From positions 320,001 through 384,000 of the forward strand of contig CAXMWX010000005.1 in assembly GCA_963422205.2 (NCBI GenBank): 64,000 nucleotides of DNA, written 5' to 3'. The stretch's first letter is position 1; every line of letters begins with the position of its first letter. Of the stretch, positions 1 through 9,412 are shown piece after piece. Source of the DNA: Gammaproteobacteria bacterium (GTDB lineage Bacteria; Pseudomonadota; Gammaproteobacteria; Eutrophobiales; Eutrophobiaceae). The notes below the pieces were generated by a model, which did no database searches, was not told the DNA's origin, and was given only the letters and a program-made list of their open reading frames with translations. The translations under genes were made by a program, and so were the position numbers.

Positions 1-1893
1 GGCTCGGCTCAACGGCTTCTCGCTGCTGAAAATTCCGTGTCGGCAGCCGCTACAGCCGCACAGGCAAAGATCAGTTCAATCAATGAACTCAGGGCAAAAA
101 GTGATGAGCCTGGCGTGCGGGATGCGCTGCCTGGTCGGCCATTATTTCAGCAGCACTGTGCCGGTTGCCATAACGGATCGGTCTATAAAGCACCGCACGT
201 CACCTGGCTGGAAATGATGCCGGCCAGCAGCCTGTATGAGTCAATGAATGAAGGCGTTATGGCGATGCAGGCAAGGCATTTAACCAAACAGCAGCGTATT
301 GACATTGTCGAATACCTGTTACAGGAGCGCTTTGATCCGGCAGATACGGCCAGCCGTGATTTTCAGTATTGCCAGGGAGATGCGGCGAAATTCAACCGGG
401 AAGACCCTGACTATAACGTGGGCTGGGGGCATGATACCTCACGCTTTATCCCTGCTGAACTTGCCAGACTGGCGCTGGATGATATTCCAAGGTTGAAGCT
501 GAAATGGGCGTATGCGTTTCCAGCCGCCAGCCGGGCGCGTTCACAACCATCAGCAGGGATGGGGGCGATCTTTGTCGGCAGTCAGGACGGTACGGTGTAT
601 GCGTTTGATCTGGAAACAGGGTGCATCCGCTGGACGTTTGCAGCGAATGCTGAAGTGCGTACCGGCGTTGTGTTAGACAGCTCCGATAAATCAAAACCGA
701 CGGTATTTTTCGGCGACATCATTGCCAATGTCTATGCGGTGGATGCGCTGCATGGCACATTGCTTTGGAAAGTCAGGGCCGATGATCATCCCAGCGCGAC
801 ACTTACCGGGACCCCGGCATTTCATGATGCGGTTTTATATGTGCCTGTGTCTTCCCTGGAAGTCATTGCGGCCGCCGACCCGGCCTATGCCTGTTGTACA
901 TTCCGGGGCAAAGTGCTGGCGCTCAATGGCAGAACCGGCGAGAGGCTATGGGAAAGCCATGCCATACCGGCCGCCCCTGAACATGTTGCCAACACATCAC
1001 TGGGTACCCGCATCATGGCACCTTCCGGTGCGCCGGTGTGGGCAAGCCCGACCATAGATGCAAAAAACAGGCGTTTGTATTTCGGTACGGGTGAAAATTA
1101 TTCCTCTCCGGCGGATGAGAACAGTGATGCGCTTATCGCGGTTGATCTGAACACTGGCGAGCGCCTTTGGCAACATCAAATCACACCAAACGATGCCTGG
1201 AATGTCGCCTGTATGATGGCCGATAATCCGAACTGTCCTGAAGAGAATGGCCCCGATCATGATCTGGGCGCCAGTCCTTTGCTGTTTGAGCAGGCCGATG
1301 GCCGCCGCCTGCTGCTGCTTGGTCAGAAAAGCGGTACGGTCAGCGCCCATGACCCGCAGCAGCAAGGCAAACGTCTCTGGTCGACAAAAATTGGCAGAGG
1401 CAGTATTCAGGGCGGTGTGCACTTTGGTATGGCGATGGAGAACGGCCGGCTTTATGTCCCCATCAATGATATGAATAATACGCATAACGGCGATATGCTT
1501 GACCCTGAGGCCGCCCGCCCGGGCATACATGCCGTGGATGCCTTGAGTGGAGAGATCCTGTGGCGCCATGTGCAGGAAAACGTCTGCGGGCAGGGGCGAC
1601 CAGCCTGTGATCCAGGCATTTCAGCACCGGTGACGGCGATACCGGGGGCAGTGTTTGCCGGGCATCTGGATGGTTTTTTGCGCGCCTACGATGGCGAGTC
1701 AGGCCGCATCATCTGGGAATATAATACGGTGCGCGATATCAAGACAGTGAATGATATCGCCGGGCGGGGCGGGAGTATGTCCGGCTCAGGAAGCATCGTT
1801 GCAGATGGCCATCTCATCATGAATTCAGGCTATGGTTTGTACTTCCATGAACCCGGCAATGTCTTGCTGGTGTTTTCTGTTGACGGCAAATAG
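1..1893 (+). CDS. PQQ-dependent dehydrogenase with N-terminal cytochrome c (polyvinyl alcohol dehydrogenase-like); 5' end probably outside window
   Basis: CAGCH heme motif, PQQ beta-propeller W-repeats, ACCTFRG and GPDHDLGA motifs; frame is open from base 1. Confidence 0.85.
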   Translation, partial: GSAQRLLAAENSVSAAATAAQAKISSINELRAKSDEPGVRDALPGRPLFQQHCAGCHNGSVYKAPHVTWLEMMPASSLYESMNEGVMAMQARHLTKQQRIDIVEYLLQERFDPADTASRDFQYCQGDAAKFNREDPDYNVGWGHDTSRFIPAELARLALDDIPRLKLKWAYAFPAASRARSQPSAGMGAIFVGSQDGTVYAFDLETGCIRWTFAANAEVRTGVVLDSSDKSKPTVFFGDIIANVYAVDALHGTLLWKVRADDHPSATLTGTPAFHDAVLYVPVSSLEVIAAADPAYACCTFRGKVLALNGRTGERLWESHAIPAAPEHVANTSLGTRIMAPSGAPVWASPTIDAKNRRLYFGTGENYSSPADENSDALIAVDLNTGERLWQHQITPNDAWNVACMMADNPNCPEENGPDHDLGASPLLFEQADGRRLLLLGQKSGTVSAHDPQQQGKRLWSTKIGRGSIQGGVHFGMAMENGRLYVPINDMNNTHNGDMLDPEAARPGIHAVDALSGEILWRHVQENVCGQGRPACDPGISAPVTAIPGAVFAGHLDGFLRAYDGESGRIIWEYNTVRDIKTVNDIAGRGGSMSGSGSIVADGHLIMNSGYGLYFHEPGNVLLVFSVDGK

Positions 1894-1973
1894 ATACTGG
1901 CTGTCTTCGCCTGATGCCCTGGTTTCGTTAAATCAGGGGGATTTGTCTGTGGTGTTGTCAGTCACAGCGTGGT

Positions 1974-3101
1974 TTATCCTGCGTTTCTTCTCATAAGAAA
2001 CAAACAGAAAACGGTAAGGTATATCCCTATCACGATCAGGCCAACCCATTCAATTTTGAGCGGGGTAAATTGATAGAGCAAAATCAAGCTCACTAACAAC
2101 AGCCAGTTTGCCAGAATGTAGTGGCGTTTGCCGAAGCGCTCGACGGTGATGTTGAGGTTGGTGGTATAAAGGCGGGTCAGGGAGTCGATGGAATTCAGCA
2201 CGAATAGGATGCCGATGATGATCATCGCCTGACTGTAAAACCCGGTGATTTCCAGCTCGCCGACATGGTAGTAATACAGCACAGAGAACCACAGCGCAAT
2301 CGGAATGGAAGGGATCAGCAGCAGTGACAGGAACAGTTGCCAGGTTTTTATCCCGCCGACAAAGCGCGCCACAAACTGCCCGATCATGATGCTCCATGAA
2401 AGCCACCAGAACAGATAAAAAGCATGTATCTCTGACATTGGGGTAATAAAATAATGCAGGTGGGTAAAATACTCCCCGATCTGAACAAGCATTGCCGCCA
2501 TGCCGCCCAGCCCCATATCAACATGCAGCCACATCAGGGTAATGAGTATAAAAAACAGCCAGGTTGAAGAGAGGCTGAGAATCTTGACACACCTGATGTC
2601 CGTGCTGGAGAGGGTTGCCAACAGAACAACAAGCATGACCAGGCCAAAGCGCATGGGCTCGCTGATGTTGGCAATATAGCTGGGCAGGTATTGAAGCAGC
2701 AGGTAGCCGGTAAAGGCACAGGTGGCAATAATGACCATGTTGTTGATCACCTTCAAGGCGCTTATTTCAAACAGCTTCAGGCGCGGCTCCACAATGCAGA
2801 AATAAAACGTGGTAAGAAAATATAAACCCCAGACCAGGAAACCCCAGAAGCCAAACTCTATGGCCAGCGGATTGGCAAACGCATAGACGGCTTCTGTTTC
2901 GAGAAGGGGAAATTCGGTCAATGGAAACATGATCAGGCCGACATCAAGCCCTGAGGTGAACAGTATGGCATTGAAGGTGAACAGCGACACCGGCAGCTTG
3001 CCCGTGCATCTCAAATGGCCCCAGCGCAGGGCGATAATGAGCGAGGCACAAAGGATGGCAATGATGGCGGCAGAGAGAATGATCTGCATACAGGCTGTCA
3101 A
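1974..3101 (-). CDS. BCCT-family (choline/betaine/carnitine) transporter, short form
   Basis: LFTSGLDVGLIMFPL, FGFWGFLVW, WWLSWSIMIGQFVARF motifs; many TM segments; directly downstream of betA. Confidence 0.85.
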   Translation of the reverse strand: MTACMQIILSAAIIAILCASLIIALRWGHLRCTGKLPVSLFTFNAILFTSGLDVGLIMFPLTEFPLLETEAVYAFANPLAIEFGFWGFLVWGLYFLTTFYFCIVEPRLKLFEISALKVINNMVIIATCAFTGYLLLQYLPSYIANISEPMRFGLVMLVVLLATLSSTDIRCVKILSLSSTWLFFILITLMWLHVDMGLGGMAAMLVQIGEYFTHLHYFITPMSEIHAFYLFWWLSWSIMIGQFVARFVGGIKTWQLFLSLLLIPSIPIALWFSVLYYYHVGELEITGFYSQAMIIIGILFVLNSIDSLTRLYTTNLNITVERFGKRHYILANWLLLVSLILLYQFTPLKIEWVGLIVIGIYLTVFCLFLMRRNAG

Positions 3102-3175
3102 TCACCCGCTGCGTTCAGGCTGTCGCTTTATCGCACGCATTGACCAAAGAGAAATCAATCCGCCATGACATCAGG

Positions 3176-4867
3176 CTACAGGACTCTCCTGGGTGCATTT
3201 TGCCGTTGCCGGGTTTTCCATTGGGTATCTATCCACGACTCTACCTCATAAGCCGCCAGGGGAGGACGGCCAAGAATCATGTCGGCGGCCCTCTCGGCCA
3301 CCATCATGGTTGGTGCATTCAGGTTGCCATTGGTGATGATCGGGAAGATGGAAGAATCCACCACCCGCAAGCCATCAATGCCTCGCACACGACACTCAGG
3401 ATCAACCACAGCCATCGGATCGTTCATACTGCCCATCTTGCAGGTACCGCAGGGATGATACGCACTCTCCGCATTCTGTGCTACCCAGGCATCTATATCA
3501 TCATTGCTCTGCACCTCCCGGCCGGGCTGAATTTCATCGCCGGCAAAAGGCGTCATGGCGGCCTGTATGAATATCTCCCGTGTCAGGTGAATACACTTAC
3601 GCCAGACTGCCAAGTCCTGTTCATGGCTCAGGTAGTTAAACAGGATGGTCGGCTTTTGCGCCGAATAGCCGGAGCGAATCCGCACATGGCCCCGGCTCTT
3701 TGATTTGGTCGGGCCGACATGGACTTGAAAACCATGCCCCTTGATCGCCGCCCGCCCATCATAGCGCATGGCCGCCGGCAGGAAATGATACTGTATGTCA
3801 GGCCACTTGATGCCCGCCTCTGAACGAATAAAGGCACAGGCTTCAAAATGGTTGGTGCTGCCCAGGCCGTTCTTGAACAGCAGCCAGCGGACACCGATCA
3901 ACGCCTTGTTAAACAACCCCAGTTTCGCATTTAAGGTGACCGGTTGTTTGCATTGATACTGAAAATACACCTCCAGATGATCCTGCAAATTCTCGCCCAC
4001 GCCCGGCAACTCATGCCGTACCCCCACCCCGGCCTGTTGCAGCACCGCCGCCGGACCGATGCCGGATAATTGCAACAGGACGGGCGAGCCGATTGAGCCA
4101 GCGGCCAGGATCACTTCCTTGTTGGCTCGCACAACGTGAAGATCCTTGCCCTGCCTGTATTCGATGCCCACCGCCTGATTGCCGACAAAAAGAATACGCT
4201 GGGTTTGTGCATGCACTGCCAGTGCCAGATTGTCCCGGTGCATGGCCGGATGCAGATAGGCTGTGGAAGTTGAGCTGCGTATGCCATCCCTCACGGTCAT
4301 GTGCATATAGCCGAAGCCTTCCTGTTGATAACCGTTATAGTCCTCAGTCCTCGGATATCCGGCCTGCTCGCCGGCCTGGATAAAAGCAGAATAGAGCGGG
4401 TTCAGCTTAACCTGATTGCCCTGACAGGTGCCCACCGGCCCGCCGCCACCGCGGTACGCATCCGCCCCTCCCGCCCAGGTCTCGGTACGCTTGAAATAGG
4501 GCAGGCAATGATGATAGCCCCAGCCGCTGGCGCCGGCGGCCTCCCATTCATCAAAATCACAGGCATTGCCACGCACATACACCATGCCGTTGATCGAGGA
4601 AGAGCCGCCCATGACTTTACCCCGCGGGCAATGCAACACCCGGCCGTTAAGGTGAGGCTCTGGCAAGGTGTCATAACACCAGTTAAAGCGCGGCATATTC
4701 ATCGGGTAGGAAAGCGCTGTCGGCATCTTGATGAGAAGGCTGTTATCCCGCCCGCCCGCTTCCACCACCAGCACGGTGTATTTGCCATCCTCGCTCAGGC
4801 GGTTGGCCAGTATGCAGCCGGCTGAACCTGCACCGACAACAATGTAATCATACGGTTTGTTGTCCAA
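3176..4867 (-). CDS. betA: choline dehydrogenase (GMC oxidoreductase)
   Basis: [59 protein letters not shown]; TTG start. Confidence 0.95.
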   Translation of the reverse strand: MDNKPYDYIVVGAGSAGCILANRLSEDGKYTVLVVEAGGRDNSLLIKMPTALSYPMNMPRFNWCYDTLPEPHLNGRVLHCPRGKVMGGSSSINGMVYVRGNACDFDEWEAAGASGWGYHHCLPYFKRTETWAGGADAYRGGGGPVGTCQGNQVKLNPLYSAFIQAGEQAGYPRTEDYNGYQQEGFGYMHMTVRDGIRSSTSTAYLHPAMHRDNLALAVHAQTQRILFVGNQAVGIEYRQGKDLHVVRANKEVILAAGSIGSPVLLQLSGIGPAAVLQQAGVGVRHELPGVGENLQDHLEVYFQYQCKQPVTLNAKLGLFNKALIGVRWLLFKNGLGSTNHFEACAFIRSEAGIKWPDIQYHFLPAAMRYDGRAAIKGHGFQVHVGPTKSKSRGHVRIRSGYSAQKPTILFNYLSHEQDLAVWRKCIHLTREIFIQAAMTPFAGDEIQPGREVQSNDDIDAWVAQNAESAYHPCGTCKMGSMNDPMAVVDPECRVRGIDGLRVVDSSIFPIITNGNLNAPTMMVAERAADMILGRPPLAAYEVESWIDTQWKTRQRQNAPRRVL

Positions 4868-4904
4868 AAACGCCTCCTGATCCGAACTCCGGGTGACAGA
4901 TAAG

Positions 4905-7265
4905 TTAATTGAAATAATATTTAATGTTGCCGCCTATCCAGCGCGGTGGGCCGATCACAAAGATACTGTAATTGCCGAAACCGGAAATATCGTAGCTGTA
5001 GGTCACCGGCCGCTCATCAAAGACATTGTTGACAAACAGGCTCACTTCCCATTGATCATCGGCGGAGATGTAAGTCAGCCGGGTATCCACCAGCCAGTAA
5101 TCCCCGCCAGTGGTGGTCTCGGCATTGACGATATTAAAGTGGTTCTCTCCGGTATAGCTGGCAGAGACCTGGGCTGCCATGCGCCCGCCAGCATCCCCCA
5201 AGGCCCACGCCTTGCGAGCGATAAAACTGGCGCTGATGTTGGGTGCCAGCGGCGCCTCCTGAGAGGCGATGCCGCCTGCAATGCCAGGGCCTGCCGAGCC
5301 ATTGACCTCGGTATCCATCAGCGCCAGCCCGGCGGTCAGCTCCCAGCCATCACCGGGCGAGAGATACAACTCGGCCTCGCCACCATAGAACGTGGCATCG
5401 GAATTAACCAGCAGGCTGGTGGTGTTCAGAAAATAAAAGGCTTGAAAATCGCGGTAATCATAATAATACGCGCTGGCATTCAGGCGCGCCCGACCATCCC
5501 ACCAGGTGGTCTTGACGCCGATCTCATAAGCATGCAGGATTTCCGGCTTAAATGGCACCTCATCAGGCGTGGCAAAGCCATCTGTGGGCGTGTTAAAGCC
5601 ACCGCCCTTGGTGCCGCGGCTGAAGCTGAGGTAGTAAAGCATGTCATCATTCGGCCGCCAGCCTATCTGCACCTTGCCGGAGACTTCGTTGTCCTTGCGT
5701 GAGAAGGGACGCCGGATGCCATCGACGATCAGGCCGGAGAGATCAAGATCAGGATCGGCGAGCGTCATGTCTCTGATCGCCGGATCACGGATCAGGTTGG
5801 CCGGACAAAAACCCGCCCCCAGATCAAAATTTATCACATCACACTCGGTCATCTGGTGTACCAGGGTTTTTTTGTCGCTGTTATAGCGCAGGCCACCGGC
5901 AAGGCTGATGGTGTTGGTCAACTGATACTCAAGCTGACCGAACAGCGCCCAGCTTTCCGTGTCCGAATCGCCATCGAAACGGGGAAGGTAGGCAAATTGT
6001 GCCGGAAACTGAAACGCCCCGAAGAAGTCGTTCTGAATATTCAGATAATAGCCACCAACGATCCAGTTAAATTGCGCGGTATCGCCACTCAAGCGCACCT
6101 CTTGAGAGAATTGATCGATCCTGGCCCCGGCCTCGTAGGTCACCAGATTCATGCTCAAGGCATCATCATCTTCCAGATAGGCCTTATCGCTGTTGGAGTA
6201 ATCGGAGATGCTGGTCAGGCTGAAATGCTCAAACCTGGCCTGGTAGTTGAGCGTGATCCCCCAGGTGGTGCGATCCACGCCGCCGGGCAGATTAAAGGCG
6301 CCATCAAGCTCATCACCAATGCCATCATCCACCTGTCCCCCCGCCACATCAAACAGGCTGAATGTCTCGCCCGGCCCCGGATTCGGGCCATCGCCGCAAT
6401 CGGTATCACCGGCTGAGCAAAAGACGCCCAGGCCATTCTCGGTTTTGGTGGCCACGGTATGCCAGACCCCGCCCGCCTCATCAATATCCACCAGACGGGC
6501 ATTGACCAGCAGGGAAGAACGATCGTTGATGGCCACATGCAGCTGGGCACGCAATGCCTGCGTATTGCCCTCCCGACGATCTTCACCGATGGCATTGGAA
6601 ACATAGCCCTCATGCGTATTGCTGTACACCGCCAGCCGCCCCTGCACAGCATCGGTCAGCGGCCCGCTGATCGCCCCGACAAAGCGGATCTGTTCATAGC
6701 TGGCATGGGTGAGATCAATCTCTGCTTCAAACTCATCGGTCGGCTTGTTGCTGACAAAGTGTACCAGGCCCCCCGTGGCGTTTCTGCCATACAGTGTGCC
6801 TTGCGGCCCTCTCAGCACTTCCACGCGATCGATATCGAACAGCGGAAAGCCAGAGGCGCCGGGGGTTGAGACATACACATCATCATAATAAATCGCCACC
6901 GGTGCTTCCTGCCCCTCGGCAAAATCCAGCTGGCTGACGCCACGCACGGAGAACAGGGCAATGTTACCGGTATCGCCCGTGTTGCTGGTGGTCACAAGGC
7001 CAGGCGTGTAGGCGCCGATATTCAGGCTGTCGTCCCAGCCAAAGGCGTCCACCTGCTCGCCGGTAAAGGCCGTGACCGAGACGCCGACCTCTTGCAGGTT
7101 CTGCTCGCGCTTCTGTGCGGTGACGATAATCTCATCCAGTACCACAATCCCCTCCCATACCGCCGCGGCGGTTTGTACCTTCGGCGGCAGCATGAGCGCC
7201 AGCGTGCCGATCAAAACCACCACGACTGAACCGGCAGGCTGATGGATTCTCATACGCATGCTCAT
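4905..7265 (-). CDS. TonB-dependent receptor
   Basis: [15 protein letters not shown] TonB box/plug, [23 protein letters not shown], aromatic C-terminus. Confidence 0.92.
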   Translation of the reverse strand: MSMRMRIHQPAGSVVVVLIGTLALMLPPKVQTAAAVWEGIVVLDEIIVTAQKREQNLQEVGVSVTAFTGEQVDAFGWDDSLNIGAYTPGLVTTSNTGDTGNIALFSVRGVSQLDFAEGQEAPVAIYYDDVYVSTPGASGFPLFDIDRVEVLRGPQGTLYGRNATGGLVHFVSNKPTDEFEAEIDLTHASYEQIRFVGAISGPLTDAVQGRLAVYSNTHEGYVSNAIGEDRREGNTQALRAQLHVAINDRSSLLVNARLVDIDEAGGVWHTVATKTENGLGVFCSAGDTDCGDGPNPGPGETFSLFDVAGGQVDDGIGDELDGAFNLPGGVDRTTWGITLNYQARFEHFSLTSISDYSNSDKAYLEDDDALSMNLVTYEAGARIDQFSQEVRLSGDTAQFNWIVGGYYLNIQNDFFGAFQFPAQFAYLPRFDGDSDTESWALFGQLEYQLTNTISLAGGLRYNSDKKTLVHQMTECDVINFDLGAGFCPANLIRDPAIRDMTLADPDLDLSGLIVDGIRRPFSRKDNEVSGKVQIGWRPNDDMLYYLSFSRGTKGGGFNTPTDGFATPDEVPFKPEILHAYEIGVKTTWWDGRARLNASAYYYDYRDFQAFYFLNTTSLLVNSDATFYGGEAELYLSPGDGWELTAGLALMDTEVNGSAGPGIAGGIASQEAPLAPNISASFIARKAWALGDAGGRMAAQVSASYTGENHFNIVNAETTTGGDYWLVDTRLTYISADDQWEVSLFVNNVFDERPVTYSYDISGFGNYSIFVIGPPRWIGGNIKYYFN

Positions 7266-7407
7266 CTTGCATCTCCTCCGTCCCTAAAAGAAAGTCACCA
7301 TGATACACTTTTGTCGGCAGGCGTGCTCGGCCAGCTTGACATTCAGCGGCAAATCATGGATGTTGGCATCGTGTGTTTCAGGTGTGTTTTTCAGGAGCGC
7401 TTTCAAG

Positions 7408-8004
7408 TTGCCTAAAATTGCAATAGAGCCGGTCAGACGGAAGCAGCTAATCGATGCGACCTACGATTCAATCTACGAATATGGCTTGACTGAAACCACC
7501 ATTGCCAAAATCAGCCAATATGCGGGCGTATCAACCGGCATCATCAGCCATTATTTTGGCGGTAAAAATGAGTTGCTTGAGGCCGCCATGCGAGAGATGC
7601 TGAAAAACCTCAGAAAGAGCGTTTCTCTCTGCACAGCCAGGGCGACCACGCCGGAGGAGAAGATTCTCGCCATCATTGAGGGCAATTTTTTCGCCGAGCA
7701 GACGATGCCGCGCTCCGTCACCACCTGGCTGGCATTCTGGGCGCAGGCCATGCACGTTGCACCACTGGCACGGCTGCAACGGGCCAACAAGCTGCGCCTG
7801 CAATCCAATTTATGCTACTGGTTCAAGCAGCTGCTGCCCGCTGATCAGGCCATCATAGCCGCCGAGGGCATGGCCGCCTTGATTGATGGCCTGTGGCTGC
7901 GCGGCGGCTTTGAAACCGAGGGCATTGATGCCAAACGCGCCCACCGAATTGCCAGCATGTATCTCACCGCCCTGCTTGATCGGTCATCAGTTCATAAGCC
8001 ATAG
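7408..8004 (+). CDS. betI: TetR-family choline-responsive repressor BetI
   Basis: TTG at 7408 after CAGGAG gives MPKIAIEPVRRKQLIDAT; GIISHYFGGK, WLAFWAQ, AALIDGLWLR; divergent from the choline genes. Confidence 0.92.
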   Translation: MPKIAIEPVRRKQLIDATYDSIYEYGLTETTIAKISQYAGVSTGIISHYFGGKNELLEAAMREMLKNLRKSVSLCTARATTPEEKILAIIEGNFFAEQTMPRSVTTWLAFWAQAMHVAPLARLQRANKLRLQSNLCYWFKQLLPADQAIIAAEGMAALIDGLWLRGGFETEGIDAKRAHRIASMYLTALLDRSSVHKP

Positions 8005-8222
8005 CCCACCCCGGCAGCGGAGATGCAAAGCGGCCATCATACATGTCAGGGGCGGGATGCCGTCTTTGCCCTGGCTGTTTGCAGAGACTTAAATCAAATG
8101 GCGATGAGAACAAGAGGCACTGGCTGGAGAGAGTCCATACTGCCAGATGTTACGACAGGCTGCTATGGGAGAGGGCGAGGGAGCGATCCTCGGCTCATCG
8201 CCCGTCCCTTATTGTCTATCTC

Positions 8223-9278
8223 CTATTGCCTGTCCATGGGCAGGTAATCGGGATAGATAAAATTCGGTTTTGCCGGATAATAATAACTGTGAAATGAAGA
8301 CAGATCCGGCTGTCCTGCCTGTTGCCAGGCTAATTGCCATAACTGCGATAAAACAGCCGCCGCCAGCGCCAGCCGAGTAACGATGAAAGCGGCATAATGC
8401 TCCCCCGCCTCTGCCGGCGGCTTCCGCTTTGCCTTTGTCTCTTCACCCCGGCTGCGCTCAAGCAGGGAGTGGTCATCGTCCAGCGTGACCAGGATTGGCA
8501 GCTGGGCACGGCTGTTAATACTCAAGGCAAAAACCAGCAGCAGGGGATCCTGTTTGATGCGGCGACTTTGTGTTGCGGTGTACTGGCTTAACAGCATCTG
8601 CTCGATCAGATCGGCTGAATTGACCCGCATGAGCACCTTATGTGCCAGATCCAGATCCAGCACCGCCACCACAGCCGATTCGAAATAGGCATGCAAACCG
8701 CCATTGCCCGTTTGCTGGCCGTCATAATCGGCGGCGGCATGATGCGGATTGGCGAGATCACCCACGAAGTGGCTCATAATCCCGCCATAAAACAAGGCCA
8801 TGTTGACATGGCGGATGAATGCATCAGGCCGTTCACCCTGCCGGGACTGCTTCGCCTGTGCGAATGATTGGCGCATCAGCCGGTATAACTGGGCTATGCG
8901 CCAGGGCGCACTGCCCGGCATGGCCTCTGTATCCGGGGCCAGTGCGGCGTATTGCTGATACGTCAGCGGCACATCAAACACCGTCCGGGCTTTCTCTGGC
9001 AGCAGGTCGATATTGATGTAATGGGTTGGCCGATTTATTCTGCGGACCTGCTCATCCATGTACGCCGCCTTCCAGATAATATCCGGCACATTGGCCAGGT
9101 GGCCCAGCATAAACTCACGCAGTTGGAAGGGACGATATAACCGGCTGTCATCCTGTTCAATCAGGTGCCGTGCGGCCACCCGGGCGATGATGTCATGCCC
9201 GCGCTCGCCCCAGCCAAAGGCCGACTGGAAGCAACACAGCAGCAACAGGCCAATAAACAGTGATCGTCTATTCATCAC
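8223..9278 (-). CDS. secreted S1/P1 nuclease (Zn-dependent phospholipase C fold)
   Basis: signal peptide then mature N-terminus WGERGHDII; HYIN, HFVGDLANPHH, LHAYFES Zn ligands. Confidence 0.85.
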   Translation of the reverse strand: MMNRRSLFIGLLLLCCFQSAFGWGERGHDIIARVAARHLIEQDDSRLYRPFQLREFMLGHLANVPDIIWKAAYMDEQVRRINRPTHYINIDLLPEKARTVFDVPLTYQQYAALAPDTEAMPGSAPWRIAQLYRLMRQSFAQAKQSRQGERPDAFIRHVNMALFYGGIMSHFVGDLANPHHAAADYDGQQTGNGGLHAYFESAVVAVLDLDLAHKVLMRVNSADLIEQMLLSQYTATQSRRIKQDPLLLVFALSINSRAQLPILVTLDDDHSLLERSRGEETKAKRKPPAEAGEHYAAFIVTRLALAAAVLSQLWQLAWQQAGQPDLSSFHSYYYPAKPNFIYPDYLPMDRQ

Positions 9279-9412
9279 GTCAGCACCATGCAGGTTTAAC
9301 TTTAACGAAGGGCCAGATCACTGGCTGATCGCCTCAGCCCCACAGGCGCAAATGTACAAAGAGGTTGTCTTCGCCCCTTGCCTCATGCCTGTGCCTGCCC
9401 ATCGGCAACCGG

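Noticed and set aside
7266-7407. BetI operator
   Set aside because: No TTAATTGAACGTTCAATTAA-like dyad is visible
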